Shown: positions 9,715-17,733 of the stretch, one piece after another
Layout of the letters: every line of letters starts with the position of its first letter
How positions within the stretch are numbered: position 1 is the stretch's first letter
Source of the DNA: Candidatus Jordarchaeales archaeon
Lineage (GTDB): Archaea > Asgardarchaeota > Jordiarchaeia > Jordiarchaeales > Freyrarchaeaceae
Direction of reading: 5' to 3'
Assembly: GCA_038889235.1 (NCBI GenBank)
Contig: JAWAHN010000003.1
Location: 353,703 to 385,702 of the forward strand
Length of the DNA stretch: 32,000 nucleotides
Notes under the pieces: generated by a model
What the model was told of the DNA's origin: nothing
Seen by the model: only the letters and a program-made list of their open reading frames with translations
The model's database searches: none
Position numbers and translations under genes: made by a program

Positions 9715-10548
9715 GTGTTCTTTCACAAGGAGTTCAAGGGCAAAAGTTGGCCCGTTATAGGCGACAAGTTCGCCGGCTTCCCGGAGGCTTTAGGCAACCT
9801 CTTAGACAACCCAAAAATAGTTTTAATAGAGCCGAAAGAGGTCTCGGAGAGCCTTCTCTTGAAAGTCCACACGAGGGAGCTCGTCGAGAACTTGAAAAGA
9901 GCTTGGTACTGCAAGGGTGCACTTCTCTCGGTTGGCGGCTGCCTAGAAGCCGCGGAGAAAACCCTAATAGGGGAGCTTGAAAACGCCCTAGTCTTCGTGG
10001 TCGCGGCAGGACACCACGCGGGGCCATCGCACGCCTGGGGTGGAACATACGTGTCGTGCACCGGTCCAACCATAACGTACCTCAAAGAGACGTACGGCGG
10101 GAAAAAGCGCTACGTGATATTTGACACGGACTCGCATCATGGCGACGGGACTAGGGCTATCTTCATGGGGCAGCGCGACGTGCTGCACGTGTGCTTCTGT
10201 AGCCAGAACCTCGTTGAAGACGAGGGAACGAAGGTGGACGTGGACGTTGGGTGGAACACGACTGACGAGGAGTATCTGCGCTTAGTGGAGGAGGAGTTTG
10301 TCCCGAGAGCAAGGAAGTTTAGGCCACACCTCATAATACACAAGCTCGGGCACGATATCTGTCGGGGTGACTACGGTGATAGGGGGGTAACTGAGAAAGC
10401 CTGCATAGAGACCGTGCGCATTGTCGCAGAGTTAGCGGAAGATGTTTGCGATGGAAAGTATGTTGTCCTAACTCATGGAGGCGACAGAAGGGACCTCGCC
10501 GAGAAAATATACCCCGAAGCTGTAAAAGTGCTCGCGAAGATAGCGTGA
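9715..10548 (+). CDS. Short histone deacetylase/AcuC-family Zn amidohydrolase
   Basis: GHHAG, DTDSHHGDGT and GHD..RGD motifs. The start is uncertain: the frame is open back to TTA 9700 behind a strong GGAGGGGTG site. Confidence 0.85.
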   Translation: MFFHKEFKGKSWPVIGDKFAGFPEALGNLLDNPKIVLIEPKEVSESLLLKVHTRELVENLKRAWYCKGALLSVGGCLEAAEKTLIGELENALVFVVAAGHHAGPSHAWGGTYVSCTGPTITYLKETYGGKKRYVIFDTDSHHGDGTRAIFMGQRDVLHVCFCSQNLVEDEGTKVDVDVGWNTTDEEYLRLVEEEFVPRARKFRPHLIIHKLGHDICRGDYGDRGVTEKACIETVRIVAELAEDVCDGKYVVLTHGGDRRDLAEKIYPEAVKVLAKIA

Positions 10549-10575
10549 GCACTCAGAAACTTCTTTTCTTTTCCC

Positions 10576-12102
10576 TCATTCCTCTAGTTTCATGCCACAG
10601 TAGGGGCAGTAATCACACCCTTCAGCTAGAACGTTCCCACAAAACCGGCACGTAAACGCCCGCGTAACATACCACCCTGGCACCCCGCCACCTAAATTGT
10701 AGAACCAGAAAGTCAGTCCAACCGTGCGAATGACCAAAGCAATGCTCAACAGGAAACTCGTTAGTAGGCATCCACCGAGTATGGATGGGGAAACAAATGC
10801 TACAAGGTTGAAATCTAGGGGCGGATGGAGAAATAGTAGCGGCAGCATGGGAAGCATGAAGGCCAAAGTTAGGACGGCGAGAACTGGTGAAGACGCCGTT
10901 AAAAACGTAAAATATGCAATTGAGACGATTGTGAGCGAGACTGCTTCGAGGACCAGTAACACGATGAAAGTCTTCAGCATTACTCCCGTGGTGAGCTCTC
11001 TGCTCCTCCTCAGCGCTTCCCTCACTCCGGTTCCCTCTACAATGACCGCTTGTGGAGCCAAGGCGTAAATCACCGAGAAGAATATCCCAGGTACTATTAG
11101 TAGGAGCAAGCCTAAATTAACTACGAGTTTTACTACTATTATTGTTGCTGCGAGTTTGAAGAAGCGCTTGACGCTTAACTGCAAGCTTTTAAGCAGCATA
11201 GGTCTCCCCTGAGACGCTACCCCGTATGCGAAAGCTACGGCAAACCCTAAGACGAGAACCCACAAAGCGAAGGCAGCTAGAAGCGATACCACAGTGAGAG
11301 CGAGGAAGAAGGAGAACGAGGCAGCTGGCAGGCCTACATGCTGAAGTGCTAAGTAGGGTGACATTAGGAGGAGTGATAGCGTGGGCAAGAGACTATGTAC
11401 TAGGAGTAGGAGGCCCATTGGAAGCATCACGTATGACAGTGTTACTGGAGTAAGCTTGAACGCTCCAATGAGCACGCCCCCGACTCCTGTAAAGGAGGGC
11501 TGAGTCAGCCTAGAAAACCCCCCGACTACAGCGAAAGCTAATATGATGAAACCCAATATGAGTATGAAGCGGAACAGAGTGGTGAACGGATTCTCATGGG
11601 GCAATGTGAAGGCAACATTGCTTTGAACCATTAGCAGCGCGGGCTGGTCTCCCTGGTTTTCCCACAAAACTATCAGAAGGTAATAGTTCTTGGTTATCGG
11701 GGTGAGGACAAAAGTCGTCGACAGTATTTCAGTGTCGAGGAGTACGTCAAACGGAAGCGAAGTGGAGACCGTGTCTAGCCTGGTGGGGTGGACACCGTAA
11801 ACCTTGAACTTTAAAGGCTGGTTTGACACCGTTACTCCAAAAACGCAGCTTAGCGGGGAAGGGAGTGCCAGAAACGTGAAAACACTTTCTTTTGGAGGAA
11901 GGTAGACTAGGGAGAAGCCTTCCGAGGGAGTATTTGGAAGGTAGGGTAAAGGCATGATGTAGGAGGGGTACATGTAACAGGACGTGTAAAAGGTTACATT
12001 AGGGGAAACAGAGAGAGCGAAAAGAGAAAACAGGATCAAAGCAATGGACAGGAGCATGGAAGCCTTGTGAATCCCGCTAAATGACCGCGCGGAGCCAGAC
12101 AT
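10576..12102 (-). CDS. Multi-pass membrane protein with C-terminal zinc ribbon
   Basis: Signal/TM segment, a soluble beta-rich region, about 7-8 hydrophobic helices including LLIVPGIFF...ALRRSRELT (GDPD-membrane/YciC-like), and terminal CRFC..CPYC. Confidence 0.7.
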   Translation of the reverse strand: MSGSARSFSGIHKASMLLSIALILFSLFALSVSPNVTFYTSCYMYPSYIMPLPYLPNTPSEGFSLVYLPPKESVFTFLALPSPLSCVFGVTVSNQPLKFKVYGVHPTRLDTVSTSLPFDVLLDTEILSTTFVLTPITKNYYLLIVLWENQGDQPALLMVQSNVAFTLPHENPFTTLFRFILILGFIILAFAVVGGFSRLTQPSFTGVGGVLIGAFKLTPVTLSYVMLPMGLLLLVHSLLPTLSLLLMSPYLALQHVGLPAASFSFFLALTVVSLLAAFALWVLVLGFAVAFAYGVASQGRPMLLKSLQLSVKRFFKLAATIIVVKLVVNLGLLLLIVPGIFFSVIYALAPQAVIVEGTGVREALRRSRELTTGVMLKTFIVLLVLEAVSLTIVSIAYFTFLTASSPVLAVLTLAFMLPMLPLLFLHPPLDFNLVAFVSPSILGGCLLTSFLLSIALVIRTVGLTFWFYNLGGGVPGWYVTRAFTCRFCGNVLAEGCDYCPYCGMKLEE

Positions 12103-12331
12103 AAAACCACCATACCGCAGCTTCTAACCCATGAGGCAGGAAAACCAGGCGTCAGCAGCTAGTCAACGTTTACCCGGACAAGAGTTGCAACAGCTGCCCA
12201 CACGTGCCCCTCAATCCCCCTGAGATCCCTCCGGAGACTTCCACCCTGTGACGGGCCATTTAAAATAAAAAACTTTTCTATTCCTTCAAGTACCAGAGTT
12301 AGGGGAGTAGCTGGAGCACTAGCCCGGCGGC

Positions 12332-13153
12332 TTAGAGAGGTCTAGCTACCTGTGAAGCCACCAGTATCTTCTTCGACACACGTTCTCTTTCCCTTAACTG
12401 CCTAAGAAGCTCCCTATCTATAGCTTCCTTGACCGCGCTCCTGATAGCGTAGCCTCCGATGTGAAGATAAGTGTCACCTATCGTCTTGTCGTACTGCATG
12501 GACGCAGTGCACGGGTAGGCATGGTGTGCTTCAGCTATCCTCTCGTTCAGCCTATAGATCCTCGTCAGTTTTATCTGTTGCATGACGTAGAAAGTGCTCC
12601 CGCAGGGCGCTGTTCTGACGACGCGACCCCTCACTATCATATCTCCCTCAATCTCGACTTCGACGACTGGCCTGCCAACCCTACACTCCCTGACGAAGCG
12701 GTCTATTATGTCGCCCGTCCCCCTCTCGTCTAGGGTGCAAAAAGGCCTAGGGAAGGCGCTCACAACACCCTTCTCTTCAAGACTTTTCTCCACCTGCTTC
12801 TGCAAGCCAACCGGGCACCAGCTTCCATCTTCAATGGGAACTATAACCCCCTTAGCCCCCATGACCTCAGCTAAACTGGATACACTTGCAAGAATATCAT
12901 GGTGCACTCCAACAACGATTAGCAGGTCGCATTTCGGTGCGTCTCTTGGAAAGTATTCTTCTGGGTTTTCCAAGAAAGGGGGAGTGTCCCGGGGGACTCT
13001 GTGAAGACCGTAGATGTATCCTGCAAAAGAGCCATATTCGCGTCTACAGTGTTCACACGCGTCACCACAAGAAGTGCAAAACGTGGAAAAGTTTATGAGG
13101 TTGCCAGCGACCTTTTCCCCAAAATCGTCCCCATAAAGGATGTATATCTTCAA
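12332..13153 (-). CDS. DUF166 family protein with N-terminal CxxC-x3-CxxC
   Basis: DLLIVVGVHHD, FPRPFCTL, RTAPCGST, HHAYPCTASM and LHIGG match the DUF166 pattern as recalled. Confidence 0.75.
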   Translation of the reverse strand: MKIYILYGDDFGEKVAGNLINFSTFCTSCGDACEHCRREYGSFAGYIYGLHRVPRDTPPFLENPEEYFPRDAPKCDLLIVVGVHHDILASVSSLAEVMGAKGVIVPIEDGSWCPVGLQKQVEKSLEEKGVVSAFPRPFCTLDERGTGDIIDRFVRECRVGRPVVEVEIEGDMIVRGRVVRTAPCGSTFYVMQQIKLTRIYRLNERIAEAHHAYPCTASMQYDKTIGDTYLHIGGYAIRSAVKEAIDRELLRQLRERERVSKKILVASQVARPL

Positions 13154-13191
13154 AAATGAACCCTCTCAAACTTATCCAAAGAAAAGGATCC

Positions 13192-13223
13192 GTCAATAAA
13201 ATATATAATTATTGACAATAATT
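13192..13223. promoter_or_regulatory. TATA box of the DUF166 gene overlapped by two interlocking palindromes
   Basis: GTCAATAA-N9-TTATTGAC (13192-13216) and AATTATTG-A-CAATAATT (13207-13223). The minus-strand TTATATATTT spans 13199-13208. Confidence 0.55.
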
Positions 13224-13583
13224 CCTAAATTTATGCCGCATTTTTGTAATAAAATATTAGCAGGATTTTGCGGGGACAATTTAGCTTCGGTTAAAGTGCA
13301 TCCACAATTGAAGGGTTAAGACCTCTCTAAAAACCTTTGAAGGAGCTTTTGTGTGAAGACCTCCTGGGCGTAGACCGAGCTTGGGCTTGCATAGACAGAG
13401 CAGAGACCCCTGGCGAGCTTTTTGGTAGAGGTGGCTATTCAGGTGTTCTATAGACGCTGGAAGTGAAGTCTGGGTCTTGCGAGATTCGATCAGCTACACC
13501 GTTCCGGCTTAAGAAACATTTATTTCTGCTTTTCTAGCTTTTTACGAGAATGTGAAAGGATATTTGTGGAGGGGCTAGGAGAG

Positions 13584-13871
13584 GTGAAGGTTAAGGTTGC
13601 ATTTATTCACGTGATAGCTAAGGAGGTTGGGGTGAGGGAGGAGGAGGTTGAAGTTGAAGGAGGCGCGAGCCTGAAGGATTTGCTCGATTTGCTGGTTAGG
13701 AGGCATGGTGAAGCCTTCAAGAAGTATGTCTATGACAGCGATAAAGGTGAGGTTAGGGGGTACGCCATAGTAACTGTGAACGGGAACGTGGTTCAAAGAA
13801 GTAGAGTGAGAGACGTTAAGTTGAATGAGGGGGACCGAGTGTTCTTCGGAATAGGTGCAGGTGGAGGGTGA
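13584..13871 (+). CDS. MoaD/ThiS/SAMP ubiquitin-like protein
   Basis: Beta-grasp pattern, VNG, L.EGDRV.F and C-terminal Gly-Gly. Start could be GTG 13566 or 13584. Confidence 0.9.
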   Translation: MKVKVAFIHVIAKEVGVREEEVEVEGGASLKDLLDLLVRRHGEAFKKYVYDSDKGEVRGYAIVTVNGNVVQRSRVRDVKLNEGDRVFFGIGAGGG

Positions 13872-14108
13872 TCGGTCTAAGAACACAAAAAAGCTGCTAC
13901 TTCATCTAGGTCTAAGAATCCCGGGTTTAAAGTCCCCCAAACTGGGGGTGTTTGCACTGCCAAGTTTGTAGTCTATGCTTTGAGGGAACGTCTGCTTAAC
14001 CTAGGGTCATGCGCGTCCTTTTCGGGGGCTGACCTATGTCGGGTGGACTTTCCTCTGGCGTAGGGGTGAGGCTTCCGGAAACTTGCCTACCTTGCCCAGC
14101 TACTATTT

Positions 14109-14693
14109 TTATTTTTGCTGCCAGAAGTTGCCCTTGTAATGTTGTACCGCTGGGCACCCTAGACACTTGTTCTTCTGGAAGTACTGGCAGTCCTTGCACT
14201 TGGTCTTGGAGCCGCACGGAGGGGACTCTACAGGTTTAAAGTTCATTTTCAGTGGAACTATGAAGCTCCTGACGGCTGATATCACAATGTTGAACTCCAC
14301 ACTTTGAACATTGCTGTTCGGCCTAATGTGTGAGTCGACTATTGTTTCTATAGTTTCAATGTTTTCCCCTACGAATAGCATGCAAACATTGCTCCTCCCC
14401 GACACTAGGAATCCATTTACAAAGTAGGGGCAGTCCTTGAAGCTTTCGAGGAGCTCCAAGGGGTTCTTTGCGGTGATCTCTACTTTCGCCAGGTAGAGGC
14501 CAACCTTCGTTGGGTCCACGCCCACAACCTTCGACAGAACACCTGAGGCTTTAAGCTTCCTCAACCTTACAGCGACTGAGGGCTGAGAAATCCCTATCTG
14601 CTCCGCTATGTACTCCTGAGGGGCGTCGGGGTTTTCACCCAAGATGGTCAAAATAGCCTTATCCTTATTGTCCAGCTTGACGAAGAGAGACAT
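14109..14693 (-). CDS. Lrp/AsnC-family regulator with C-terminal Cys-rich extension
   Basis: LDNKDKAILTIL..P...IAEQIGISQPSVAVRLRKL HTH and a RAM domain (FVNGFLVSGRSN), then PPCGSKTKCKDCQYFQKNKCLGCP. Confidence 0.85.
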   Translation of the reverse strand: MSLFVKLDNKDKAILTILGENPDAPQEYIAEQIGISQPSVAVRLRKLKASGVLSKVVGVDPTKVGLYLAKVEITAKNPLELLESFKDCPYFVNGFLVSGRSNVCMLFVGENIETIETIVDSHIRPNSNVQSVEFNIVISAVRSFIVPLKMNFKPVESPPCGSKTKCKDCQYFQKNKCLGCPAVQHYKGNFWQQK

Positions 14694-14767
14694 GGGGAAC
14701 ACCCTCGGGCGAACAACCGCCACTCCATTAGCCAATACAATCTGAGACTTAATAAGATATAATGGTT

Positions 14768-14785
14768 TATTACATCTAAGTAATA
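14768..14785. promoter_or_regulatory. Candidate operator TATTAC-N6-GTAATA between divergent Lrp and thi4
   Basis: Perfect 6-bp inverted repeat in an AT-rich divergent promoter region. Confidence 0.3.
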
Positions 14786-14985
14786 CAACATATAGATAAG
14801 TGGTGCCCTTTGACTGTTTTCAATAACATTGAAGCTTGCCCGGGGTTATGTGGCTCCTCGGCCTGTTTTTACGGATTTCGCTTTAGTGGCGAATTCTTTA
14901 AAAAGCTCTGCGGGTAACTGAGATGGAAGAAAGCGTCGGGGATGACAAATAGTTAGAGAGAACGTTTAGCTCTAGGTGGTTTACC

Positions 14986-15783
14986 ATGGAGTTTGAAAAA
15001 GTGTTAAAAGAAGTTGACGAGGTCACAATTACTAGAGCGATCATAAAGTCTGCGTCCGAGGATTGGGTTAGGATCGCTGATTCGGATGCCGTGGTAGTCG
15101 GCGCCGGTCCTTCGGGGCTAACGGCGGCCAGGTACATTGCAGAGGCTGGTTTTAGGACCGTGGTGTTTGAGAGGCGGCTGTCGTACGGTGGGGGTATAGG
15201 TGGGGGCGGCATGCTTTGGCACAAGGTGGTGGTTTCCCAGCCCGCTGACGAGATACTCAGGGATATCGGGTGCAGGCTTGAGGAGGCAGCTGAGGGAGTG
15301 TACGTTGTGGATGCAGCTGAGATGCTTGCTCGCCTAGCTACCGCTGCTGTGGATGCTGGAGCCAAGGTGATATTCGGTGTTACAGTTGAGGACCTCATGT
15401 ACACGCCGAACCCGTTAAGGGTGACGGGTGTTGTTGTGCAATGGAGCGCTGTAGGCCTCGCGGGGCTCCACGTGGACCCTGTGGCTGTCAGGGCTAGAGC
15501 GGTGATAGACTGCACAGGACACGACGCTGAAGTTCTGAGGGTCGCCTCAAAGAAGATACCTGAACTCAACTTGGAGATTGTCGGTGAGAGGTCGATGAAC
15601 GCGCCTTACGGTGAGAGGTTCGTGGTTGAAAAGACAGGGGAGGTGTGCCCGGGCCTTTACGTTTCGGGGATGGCTGTCTGCGCCCTATATGGTGGTCCGA
15701 GGATGGGGCCTATTTTCAGCGGAATGCTGCTTTCCGGCAGGAAGGTTGCCAGGGAGGTCGTCAAGCGTCTGAGCGAGTCCTAA
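14986..15783 (+). CDS. thi4: Sulfide-dependent adenosine diphosphate thiazole synthase (Thi4)
   Basis: VVGAGPSGL, GGGIGGGGM, GLHVDP (His at the yeast Cys205 position), DCTGHDA and GPRMGPIFSGMLLSG. Confidence 0.95.
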   Translation: MEFEKVLKEVDEVTITRAIIKSASEDWVRIADSDAVVVGAGPSGLTAARYIAEAGFRTVVFERRLSYGGGIGGGGMLWHKVVVSQPADEILRDIGCRLEEAAEGVYVVDAAEMLARLATAAVDAGAKVIFGVTVEDLMYTPNPLRVTGVVVQWSAVGLAGLHVDPVAVRARAVIDCTGHDAEVLRVASKKIPELNLEIVGERSMNAPYGERFVVEKTGEVCPGLYVSGMAVCALYGGPRMGPIFSGMLLSGRKVAREVVKRLSES

Positions 15784-16534
15784 TGCCCCTCCTCCACTTT
15801 TTCGAAACCACCGCCTTGACGCCACTCCTCTCCTCAAAAACCGCCTCTACCTCCACCAGCTCCGGCTCGACAGCGTTCACTATGTCGCTTAGAATGGTTG
15901 ATACAACCTCCTCGTGGTGCATGCGCCTCTCCTTGAAGGTTTCGAAGTAGTCTTTGAGCGACTCGTACTCTATCAGCCTGCTTGCAGGAGAGTACTTGAT
16001 CTTTATGGCCGCCCTGTCAGGGGTGCCTGTGACGGGGCATATGCATGCAAACCCTTCGTAGGTGAAGGTAGCCTCGTGCTCGCCCTGAAAGTTTGGAATG
16101 GTCCTCAGCCTCACCCGCTTCTTCCCGAGCTCTTCGAGGAGCGAGAGGAGCTCACTTGGTGACCGAGCCATGGCACTCGCTATGTAGAGGGGCCACGGCG
16201 ACCTGACCTTCTCGGGACAGTAAGCTATGACTTGCTTGCCGGCGAGGGCTGAGAGGAGCGCTTCAACCGTCGCCCCGAAGCTCGGCTTAGTGGCTATAAG
16301 GACGATGACGTCAGCCTCCCTGCACCTCTCAATGTCCTTCGTGACTATCTCACGGCACAACTCCGGTTTGTCTCTGAAGTCATCCACGCCACCATAGTCG
16401 GCGCCGGCAAACTGGTCTATGACATTGTATCCAGCAGACCTTATGACGTCTTGGAGCCTGAGGATCTCGTCCTTTCCACCGTACCCGACCGAGCCGCAAA
16501 CTAGAACCTTAAGCCTGCCGCTCAACCAGCTCAC
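15761..16534 (-). CDS. DNPH1/Rcl-like nucleotide N-glycosidase domain fused to a QueF-like T-fold domain
   Basis: N-domain: VCGSVGYGG, KDIERCREADVIV, PSFGATVE. C-domain: IPN, CPVTGTPD, IEYESLKDY, HHEE, FEERSGV. Confidence 0.85.
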   Translation of the reverse strand: MSWLSGRLKVLVCGSVGYGGKDEILRLQDVIRSAGYNVIDQFAGADYGGVDDFRDKPELCREIVTKDIERCREADVIVLIATKPSFGATVEALLSALAGKQVIAYCPEKVRSPWPLYIASAMARSPSELLSLLEELGKKRVRLRTIPNFQGEHEATFTYEGFACICPVTGTPDRAAIKIKYSPASRLIEYESLKDYFETFKERRMHHEEVVSTILSDIVNAVEPELVEVEAVFEERSGVKAVVSKKWRRGIRTRSDA

Positions 16535-16707
16535 CGAGTGGAGGAGAAAACCTCTGGGAGAATTAAATCTGCCGAGCTGGGTACGCTAAGTTTACTGGGC
16601 GCACAATGAACCCTTCAGGGGGTGCCACTCGTAGTTTTAATCGTGACATTTTTAGGGCAGGTTGACAGGGGGATTTCATGTACACCTTATGAGACGGAGG
16701 GTTCAAA

Positions 16708-17472
16708 GTGGAAGTTTGGCGCTATATAGACTTCGACATAGTCGATCCGCCAACCAGCGGAGCTTTAGCTGAAGCAATCTTAATTGCGCGCTCCGAGGGA
16801 AAGTGTCCGGACACCTTCTTCATCTACAGAAGAAAGCCGCCGGCGGTCTCCATAGGATACTTCCAATCGGTGAGCAACACTGTCAACATTGAAGCATGCC
16901 GCAGGCTTGGAGTAGAGGTAAGCAGGAGGATAACGGGTGGCGGCGCCATATACTCGGACGAGAACGGGATAATATACAGCATAGTGGTGAGCGAAAGCAA
17001 CCCAAAGGTTCCAAGGAACATAGCCGAGTCCTACGGCGTACTCTGCAGGGGAATAATCGAGGCACTAAAGCTATTCGGGCTCGAAGCAGTCTTCCAGCCA
17101 GTCAACGACATACTAGTAGAAGGGAGGAAAATAAGTGGAAGCTCACAAACGAGAAGGAAGGGCGTCGTACTTCACCACGGGACACTCCTCGTGAAAGCAG
17201 ACATAGAAACCATGAAGAAAGTGCTCAAAATACCAGAGGAAAAAATGAGCGACAAGCAGGCTAAAAGCCTTGAAGAAAGAGTCACAAGCCTAGAAAGACT
17301 CCTAGGGAGAAAAGTGAGCATAGAAGAAGCCAAAGAAGCAGTGAAAAAAGGATTCGAAAAAGCGTTAAACGTAAAGTTCGAGGAAGGAGAACTTACAGAC
17401 TACGAGAAGAAGCTCGTCGAGCGACTAGTGAAGGAAAAATACTCGCGCGACGAGTGGAACTTCAAGAGGTAG
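16708..17472 (+). CDS. lplA: Lipoate-protein ligase A, catalytic domain only
   Basis: SIGYFQ, RRITGGGAIYSD, PVNDI..GRKISG and HHGTLL. It lacks the C-terminal LplB domain. Confidence 0.92.
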   Translation: MEVWRYIDFDIVDPPTSGALAEAILIARSEGKCPDTFFIYRRKPPAVSIGYFQSVSNTVNIEACRRLGVEVSRRITGGGAIYSDENGIIYSIVVSESNPKVPRNIAESYGVLCRGIIEALKLFGLEAVFQPVNDILVEGRKISGSSQTRRKGVVLHHGTLLVKADIETMKKVLKIPEEKMSDKQAKSLEERVTSLERLLGRKVSIEEAKEAVKKGFEKALNVKFEEGELTDYEKKLVERLVKEKYSRDEWNFKR

Positions 17473-17482
17473 AGAAGTAGAG

Positions 17483-17599
17483 GCGGGGGCGGCCCAGAAA
17501 AATTCGCGTCTGGGTGGGGGGAGGAGGGAGAGGAGGAGGGAGGGGAGGAGGGAAAACCAGCTGGGCCGCCCCCGCTGGTTGGAGGGAGGGGAGGAGGGA
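17483..17599. repeat. GGAG-rich purine tract with a 15-bp inverted repeat and a 19-nt direct repeat
   Basis: GCGGGGGCGGCCCAG (17483-17497) is complementary to CTGGGCCGCCCCCGC (17561-17575). GGAGGGAGGGGAGGAGGGA occurs at 17535 and 17581. Confidence 0.85.
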
Positions 17600-17733
17600 G
17601 GTAAGAGTGAATTTTTATTTTTCGTCAAAAAAACAAAGAAGAAGCTCAATATATAAACTTTACGTATTTACGTTCTTGAAGAAAATATATCTCTTTATTA
17701 ATCTTTATACGTGTATTTTTTTACAAACTTAAA

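Noticed and set aside
12332-13153. Thymidylate synthase label sometimes attached to DUF166
   Set aside because: No ThyA or ThyX motifs are visible.
14045-14055. GAGGAAAGTCC on the minus strand, the RNase P RNA CR-I/P4 signature
   Set aside because: No downstream complementary P4 strand (GGGTGGCTTA-like), no ACAGAA/CR-V element, and only about 170 nt of space before the MoaD gene.
14900-14945. CTGAGA and GCGTCGGG upstream of thi4, suggesting a TPP riboswitch
   Set aside because: The core ACCC/GAACCTGAT/TAATGC elements and the P4-P5 spacing are absent.
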